DNA of 64,000 nt from positions 61,072 to 125,071 of the forward strand of contig JACRPM010000001.1 of NCBI GenBank assembly GCA_016223205.1, read 5' to 3'. Shown in pieces: positions 58,428 through 64,000 of the stretch. The notes beneath the pieces are model-generated. The model did no database searches and had not been told where the DNA came from. It saw nothing but the letters and a program-made list of their open reading frames with translations. The stretch's first letter is position 1. Each line of letters starts with the position of its first letter. This DNA is from Candidatus Saganbacteria bacterium. GTDB taxonomy: Bacteria > Margulisbacteria > WOR-1 > XYC2-FULL-46-14 > WPAF01. A program made the position numbers and the translations under genes.

Positions 58428-60307
58428 AAAAGCTCGTTTTTTTGGAATTTATTGATGAATACGAGGCTTTTTGCCGGCAGAGAAAAGAGCAGGGAGAAGC
58501 CCAGGCCGATTTTTCCATTATCGCTTTGGAGCCGAAACTACAGGCTTATCTTAAAAAGCGGGGGGTGGTCTTTGAGACTTCCCTGAAATATTTTAGCAAC
58601 GATTCGCACAAGGCGATGATCTTAAATGCGCAAAAAGCGGTCGTTCATATCAATGAGGCTTTTAAATATTCTGATAAGCTGGGATTGTCAGCGGTCTATT
58701 TGACCGACCTGCTATTTTATGCCCGGTTTTATCATTCTCATTTAATGGGGTTGGTCGAAATAATTGATAATTGCGTGCGCCAGCATGAGGCGGTCGAATT
58801 GTCTGCTGCGGTTTCTGTGTCTTCGTCCGCGAGCCTCATGATTGCGCCGGCCGACCGGAACCTGGGCGAGCTGGTCAAGGCCTATGCCGACAGCCGCTCG
58901 CTGAAGTTCGTCAACATTGTTGCCGATCAAGCGCCGCCGGCGTCGGGCAGTACGCCGGGCGGTTCTCAACGCTGGAGCCGGTTCTTGACCGGCGCTATCA
59001 AATTATACTGTCTGCTTTTTAGGAAAAGGCTGGTTTTGATCCCTGGGAACGGTTACGGCTTCACCGCATTAAAGGCGAAACTGGCCAAGCGCGTTCCCGG
59101 CCTGGTTTTTATTTCTCCTTGTTCGGATAATATCCGTCGGTCACCATTGGCATATCTTAAGCTGTTTGTCGCCGGAGTGATCAATAAACATTTTTGGATC
59201 GAGCTTAACGGTCCCCAGATCGCGGACGGAGAGTTGCGGCGGCAATTAGCCGTTGTTTTTCAGGCGGCGGATGCTTTTGATTACAAAGGGATAACTCTCG
59301 GGCCGCTGGTGGAAAGAAAAGTTGCCAGCGCGCTGGTCCCATATTTTATAGAGCTAGGGGGACGGAGCGCGGCGCTGAAAGAGCTGATTCTGTCTTTGCG
59401 GATAAAGCTGATCATGTCGCCTCTGGCGCGCGGTCTGTGGTCTGCGGCGGGGGAATTGTCCCGCCCGCTCGGTATCAGTTTGCTTTTTGTTTCTCACGGC
59501 GCCCATCCGGTGCCGACCGATGAGATCCACGAGTTGGAACTGCTGCAATTGTGCCGGGGGTTTATGCTCAGCGATTTTACCGATGTCGCTTTGTCAACTC
59601 CGATCCAGGAAGAGCACCTGCGTTATTTCAAGAATAAATACCCTTGGGTCAAAGCCAATCAGGTCAAGACCGGCCCGCTGATCTTTGCCGATCTGAGAGG
59701 GATAAATAAGCTGGACGCCAAACTTAAGCTCGGTCTGCCGGTGTCGGAAACGGTCCTGACACACGCGGTGACCAATAAAAAGCGCGGCGGGGAAAGATTT
59801 TATAATTTGGAGACATTTGACGAATATCTCGACAGTTTGTCGGATCTGATCGGCGTGGTCGATAAAATGCCGCTGACACGCTTGATCGTGCGCGTCCACC
59901 CAGGCTTTGAATTAAGTGATGAAGAATTGAAGGTTTTATTGCCGCCGTCCGAGAAGTTCATTATCAGCCGGCAGGGGCCGTTCGCCGAGGTCCTGGCGGC
60001 GACCGATGTCCTGGTTAGCTATTCGTCGACCGCGTTGGACGAGGCCCTGCTCAATGAGCGTCCGGTGATACTCTTCGATAAATGGGGCCGTTATAATCAT
60101 TTTAGGCTTCCTGTGTATCGGGGAGGGAAGGTCAGCTTGCCTGTCGTGTATGTAAATGAAGGCGCCCATCTGGGGGAGGCGATCGGCGAGTTTAGAGGAA
60201 AGAAGACCGCTTTTAATTATGACCCGTACAAATATGAGGTTGATTATGAAGATAATTTCTATGATTATGTCAGGGCCGCGTTAGGCGGGAAAGGAGCTTT
60301 ATCATGA
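58424..60307 (+). CDS. Large GT-B-like protein, sialyl/Kdo-transferase-like
   Basis: IVRVHPG and DVLVSYSSTALDEALLNERPVI (HP and SS/T motifs of CMP-sugar-using transferases). Confidence 0.55.
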   Translation: MKKLVFLEFIDEYEAFCRQRKEQGEAQADFSIIALEPKLQAYLKKRGVVFETSLKYFSNDSHKAMILNAQKAVVHINEAFKYSDKLGLSAVYLTDLLFYARFYHSHLMGLVEIIDNCVRQHEAVELSAAVSVSSSASLMIAPADRNLGELVKAYADSRSLKFVNIVADQAPPASGSTPGGSQRWSRFLTGAIKLYCLLFRKRLVLIPGNGYGFTALKAKLAKRVPGLVFISPCSDNIRRSPLAYLKLFVAGVINKHFWIELNGPQIADGELRRQLAVVFQAADAFDYKGITLGPLVERKVASALVPYFIELGGRSAALKELILSLRIKLIMSPLARGLWSAAGELSRPLGISLLFVSHGAHPVPTDEIHELELLQLCRGFMLSDFTDVALSTPIQEEHLRYFKNKYPWVKANQVKTGPLIFADLRGINKLDAKLKLGLPVSETVLTHAVTNKKRGGERFYNLETFDEYLDSLSDLIGVVDKMPLTRLIVRVHPGFELSDEELKVLLPPSEKFIISRQGPFAEVLAATDVLVSYSSTALDEALLNERPVILFDKWGRYNHFRLPVYRGGKVSLPVVYVNEGAHLGEAIGEFRGKKTAFNYDPYKYEVDYEDNFYDYVRAALGGKGALS

Positions 60308-60972
60308 AGATCGTAGGTTTTGTTCCGTCACGGTTGAACAGCGAGCGGGTCCCGTCGAAGAATATAAAATTGTTGGGGGGGGTGCCGCTGATCAATTACT
60401 CCCTGCGGGCTTTGAATAAAGTCAAGGCGTTGAATGACCTGGTCGTCTTTGCTTCGGAGCCGAGCATAAAGGATCATATTGAAGCAGACCTGAAGTACAC
60501 TTATCTGGCACGGCCGCAGTCGCTTGATACTCAGACCGCGACGATCCAGGACATTATCGGTGAATTTCTCAAGCTATCCGACGCCGACATTATTGTCCTG
60601 CTTCACATTACCTCTCCCTTCCTGCGGCCGGCGACGATCGCCGAATGCATCGACAAGGTCGTCTCGGGAGAATACGATTCCGCGTTCTCCGCTTATGCCT
60701 TCAAGAAATTTGCCTGGTTCAAGGGCCGGCCGCTCAATTATTCCCTGGACAAGCCGACGCCGCGGACCCAGGACATAGATCCGGTCGTGATCGAACAATC
60801 GTCATTGTATGTCTTTCGGCGGGAGCTTTTTCTGAACAAACGCCGCCGGATCGGAGACAAGCCATTCATTAAGATTATCGACCATTTCGAAGGGCACGAC
60901 ATTGATACGCCGGAGGACTTCGAGATCGCCGAATTGATGGTCAACGCGGGGTTTTTCCAACCACTAAAATGA
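60304..60972 (+). CDS. Acylneuraminate cytidylyltransferase family (NeuA-like)
   Basis: PSRLNSERVPSKNIK, TSPF and DIDTPEDF. Confidence 0.85.
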   Translation: MKIVGFVPSRLNSERVPSKNIKLLGGVPLINYSLRALNKVKALNDLVVFASEPSIKDHIEADLKYTYLARPQSLDTQTATIQDIIGEFLKLSDADIIVLLHITSPFLRPATIAECIDKVVSGEYDSAFSAYAFKKFAWFKGRPLNYSLDKPTPRTQDIDPVVIEQSSLYVFRRELFLNKRRRIGDKPFIKIIDHFEGHDIDTPEDFEIAELMVNAGFFQPLK

Positions 60973-62099
60973 GCAAGATCTTGAGCCAAAAAGAAGTCGT
61001 GTTCGACCGGTCACGGTATCCGCTGCTTATAGGGCGGGGGATCATTAACGAACTGGCCGCTCGGCTGGCGGAACGGACCAGGAACCGCGATGTGCTGATC
61101 GTCTATGACAATTATTTTGAGGCGTCGATCAACGATAAACTGGCCGCCAGCCTGCGCTTGGCCGGTTTCCGCGTCCTGCTCCATCCGTTGGAGGGGGGAA
61201 AGGTCAATAAGAACATCAATGAAGTGCTCAAGATCTACGGACTGCTGGAAAGCCAGGATTTTTCGCGCGATTCTACGCTGGTTGCGGTCGGCGGGGGAGT
61301 GGTCGGCGACCTGGGTGGCTTTGTGGCCAGCACTTATTTGCGCGGAATAAATCTGGTCCATATCCCGACGACGTTGATGGCGATGATCGATAGCAGTCTG
61401 GGCGGCAAAGTGGCCATAAATTTCCGCAAAACGATCAATGCCATTGGCGGCTATTATCACCCGATCATAAATTTGATCGACCTTGATTTTATCGATGCCC
61501 TGCCGCTGCGCGATTACCGGGCTGGGCTGGCCGAGGCGATCAAATGCGCAGTTATTGCCGATGCCGAATATTTCCGGTTTCTGCTGGATAGGGGCGCGGC
61601 GATACTGGAGAAAAGCGAGCCTGACTTGCTGCGGGTGATCGATCGGGCGATCGAGATCAAAATTGATCACGTGAGCGGCGATGTTCATGAGGGGGGCAAA
61701 CGGTTAAAGCTTAATTACGGCCACACGCTCGGTCATGCCGTCGAGAGCTCGACTGTGACCGATGACGGCGAAACCTACCGCCACGGAGAAGGGGTCGCGC
61801 TTGGCATTATGGCCGCCGCCTATATTGCCTGGCGCCATCTAGGACTGAAGGAGCAGGCCTATCAGGCTCAGCGGGAGATCTTTGATCGTTATCGGCTGCC
61901 GGTGGTTGTTGAGGCCGCGAAGATCGGCTTTGAGCGAGCGGCATTGATCGATGAGTGTCTTCGCAACGTTAAGAAGGACAAGAAGCGAAAGGATCACGTC
62001 ATTCGGATGGTCCTGGCCAGCGGGATCGGCCAGAGTGCGATCTATAACGATGTGCCGTTTTCTTTGATCGAAGAAGCCTTTCGCGAAATAGTCAAATAA
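60969..62099 (+). CDS. 3-dehydroquinate-synthase-like sugar-phosphate cyclase
   Basis: GGGVVGDLGGF, PTTLMAMIDSSLGGK, AEAIK, LNYGHTLGH, HGE and DKK. Confidence 0.87.
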   Translation: MSKILSQKEVVFDRSRYPLLIGRGIINELAARLAERTRNRDVLIVYDNYFEASINDKLAASLRLAGFRVLLHPLEGGKVNKNINEVLKIYGLLESQDFSRDSTLVAVGGGVVGDLGGFVASTYLRGINLVHIPTTLMAMIDSSLGGKVAINFRKTINAIGGYYHPIINLIDLDFIDALPLRDYRAGLAEAIKCAVIADAEYFRFLLDRGAAILEKSEPDLLRVIDRAIEIKIDHVSGDVHEGGKRLKLNYGHTLGHAVESSTVTDDGETYRHGEGVALGIMAAAYIAWRHLGLKEQAYQAQREIFDRYRLPVVVEAAKIGFERAALIDECLRNVKKDKKRKDHVIRMVLASGIGQSAIYNDVPFSLIEEAFREIVK

Positions 62100-62110
62100 A
62101 GGAGCGTCAA

Positions 62111-62869
62111 ATGGATAAAGAAATACTTAAGGGGAAGGTTTGTATCATTACCGGGGCAGGGAAGGGGATAGGCCGGGAAACGGCTAAACTTTTTTACCGG
62201 GAGGGAGCCAAGTTGGCCCTGATCTCGCGCGACCAGGCCGACCTGGCCGATTTGAAAAAGGAGGCTTCATTTTCTGATGATCGTGTTTTGACCATGGCCG
62301 GCGATGCCTCTGACGAAAAGACCGTTGTCTCTTATATTAATGGTGTTTTGGCCAAGTTTGGCCGCTGCGATGTCCTGATCAACAATGCCGGAATGCGTTT
62401 CCGCAAGCCGTTCCTGGAGATCGGAACTGAAGAATGGCAACAGGTAATTTCGACCAATTTGGGGAGTGTCTATTTGATGTGCCGCGAAGTCGGTAGGCAG
62501 ATGGTTAAACAAAAGTCCGGCCGGATCGTCAACCTTGCCTCGATCATCGGCACCCTCGGTCTGCCAGACCTGTGCGCCTATGGAGCTTCTAAGGGGGGCA
62601 TTATTTCCCTGACCAAATGCCTGGCGGTTGAATGGGCGCCATATCAGGTCAATGTCAACGCGATCGCCCCAGGGTTTTGCGAGACGTCGTACGCCGAAAA
62701 CTTTAAAAAGAAAACCGAGCTTTACAATATGACAATTGACCGGACGCCGCAAAAGAAGTGGGGCAAGGCCGAGGATATCGCCAATGCCTGCTTGTATCTG
62801 GCTTCGCCGCTCTCCGATTACGTGACCGGCGAGGTCTTGAGCGTTGACGGCGGCTGGAGCGCCTGGTAG
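62111..62869 (+). CDS. SDR oxidoreductase
   Basis: TGAGKGIG, NNAG, YGASKGG and YVTGEVLSVDGG. Confidence 0.88.
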   Translation: MDKEILKGKVCIITGAGKGIGRETAKLFYREGAKLALISRDQADLADLKKEASFSDDRVLTMAGDASDEKTVVSYINGVLAKFGRCDVLINNAGMRFRKPFLEIGTEEWQQVISTNLGSVYLMCREVGRQMVKQKSGRIVNLASIIGTLGLPDLCAYGASKGGIISLTKCLAVEWAPYQVNVNAIAPGFCETSYAENFKKKTELYNMTIDRTPQKKWGKAEDIANACLYLASPLSDYVTGEVLSVDGGWSAW

Positions 62870-64000
62870 TGAGTTGTTTGGCTGGAAACGCAAATAAAAC
62901 AATTTACATCCTTTCGGATGTGAATGCCGTGAGGCAGTTGATCGTCGACAAGGGAGCCGATCATCAAGTCTTAACAACAAATAATGCTGGCGATATTCCT
63001 CTGCCGGAAAAAGAACGTTTTTTAAAGGAATATGTCGATTTGATCGGGACTATCAATTCAACGGAACGAAGCCCGAAATGGTGGAGTTATTGCCTTAACT
63101 CCAAAGACTATGTTAATTCCACGTTTTATGACGAACTATTTGAGACCATTGGTCTCGTTAACAAAATTGATGATTCCGATGCCGAGAACATTGTGGTTGT
63201 GGTGGGATCTCAGCGGGTAGCCGCGCAGATCAAATATTATTGTGAGAAAAGGGATAGTCAGGTCGTAATGTCCGGGGTTAAGGCCGGATCGTATAGCTCA
63301 ATATTTTCTTTGGCAAGGCCTTTGATCTCTTCCCTGTCCTTCTTATGGCAGATATATTATCGGATCGCTGTTTGCGCCCTGTTCCTGCGCGGCAGAATAT
63401 TGTTCGTCCCCGCCCGGCCGGGAGCGAAACGATACGTCATCAGAAGCTGGGCGACGACCAATTCGCTGGTTTCCGCCCCTGACCGGGATCTTTACTTTGG
63501 GTCCCTCCAGAACGATCTGACAGCCCGGGGATTTGATGTCGGCGTGATCGTCGGTGTGCTTGGCGATTATCTCAAGGCTGTTAAAATAATGAAAGCCCAC
63601 GATAAGCCGCTGCCCCAGGAAATATTACTGAGTGTCCTTGATCCGTTGCTGACATTGCTTTCTTGCCGTTTTCGGCCGAGCCGGGTTAATGGTCCGGTGT
63701 ATTTTCGGACGATCGATATCTCACTGCTGTTGAATTCTTGTCTGGCGCTGGAACGGTCGTCCGGACAGGACTTGCATAATATGCTCTATTATCGGATCGG
63801 CAGAAGGTTAGGCCGGCGCTATCAGCCGGAGCTGTGCTCTTTCAGCCATGAAAATTATCCCTGGGAAAAGACTTTTATTCTGGGGTTCAGGTCGGCCGCT
63901 AAGACGTTCCTGATCGGCTACCAGCACAGCGGCCTCTATCGGTCGCTCACGACAGTTCTTTTAAGTAAAAAGGAAAAGGGCCGAGTGCCTTTGCCGGACG
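62869..64000 (+). CDS. Large surface-carbohydrate biosynthesis protein, partial (runs off the right edge); absent from the ORF track
   Basis: Hand translation from GTG 62869 is open to the end: WWSY, DLYFGSL, HENYPWEK, IGYQHS and PLPD, reminiscent of Leptospira LIC13510-like O-antigen proteins. Confidence 0.65.
   Translation, partial: MSCLAGNANKTIYILSDVNAVRQLIVDKGADHQVLTTNNAGDIPLPEKERFLKEYVDLIGTINSTERSPKWWSYCLNSKDYVNSTFYDELFETIGLVNKIDDSDAENIVVVVGSQRVAAQIKYYCEKRDSQVVMSGVKAGSYSSIFSLARPLISSLSFLWQIYYRIAVCALFLRGRILFVPARPGAKRYVIRSWATTNSLVSAPDRDLYFGSLQNDLTARGFDVGVIVGVLGDYLKAVKIMKAHDKPLPQEILLSVLDPLLTLLSCRFRPSRVNGPVYFRTIDISLLLNSCLALERSSGQDLHNMLYYRIGRRLGRRYQPELCSFSHENYPWEKTFILGFRSAAKTFLIGYQHSGLYRSLTTVLLSKKEKGRVPLPD

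Noticed and set aside
1-64000. CRISPR arrays, tRNA/rRNA genes, IS transposases
   Set aside because: Intergenic gaps are short, and no spaced direct repeats, RNA-gene signatures or transposase motifs were recognised by eye; tRNAscan, Infernal and ISEScan would be needed to exclude them fully.

Overview
Bacterial chromosomal window (taxon not determinable from the sequence alone) with two parts. (1) 1-13.9 kb: housekeeping genes (leuB, leuD, leuC, a LOG-like TIGR00725 protein, thiC, thiL, an M20 peptidase, nudF, xerD) interrupted by four orphan genes. One orphan is a 1014-aa RpoD-type sigma factor carrying about 12 tandem helical repeats in place of region 1, and another is a JAB/JAMM-like metalloenzyme. 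All four orphans are preceded by the same bipartite motif, TGAAAT-N16-CGATATATA (one degenerate copy), which has sigma28-like geometry. The housekeeping genes instead have sigma70-type -10 boxes close to their start codons. (2) 13.9-64 kb: an uninterrupted plus-strand surface-glycan locus that runs off the right end. It encodes UDP-GlcA/UDP-xylose synthesis, GTs, an O-antigen ligase/polymerase, Wza/Wzz-like export, two paralogous HTH_17 regulators, a pseudaminic-acid-type pathway (pseB, pseC, pseG, pseI, two cytidylyltransferases) and an unusually rich set of acyl-decoration modules. The most striking module is a lipoyl domain + peripheral-subunit-binding domain fused to a PglD/NeuD-type sugar acyltransferase, followed directly by ThDP-dependent E1 alpha and E1 beta genes. 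This suggests a 2-oxoacid/ketose dehydrogenase rewired to acylate a sugar. No rRNA, tRNA, CRISPR array or transposase was recognised. Family assignments are by-eye motif recognition, not database searches.
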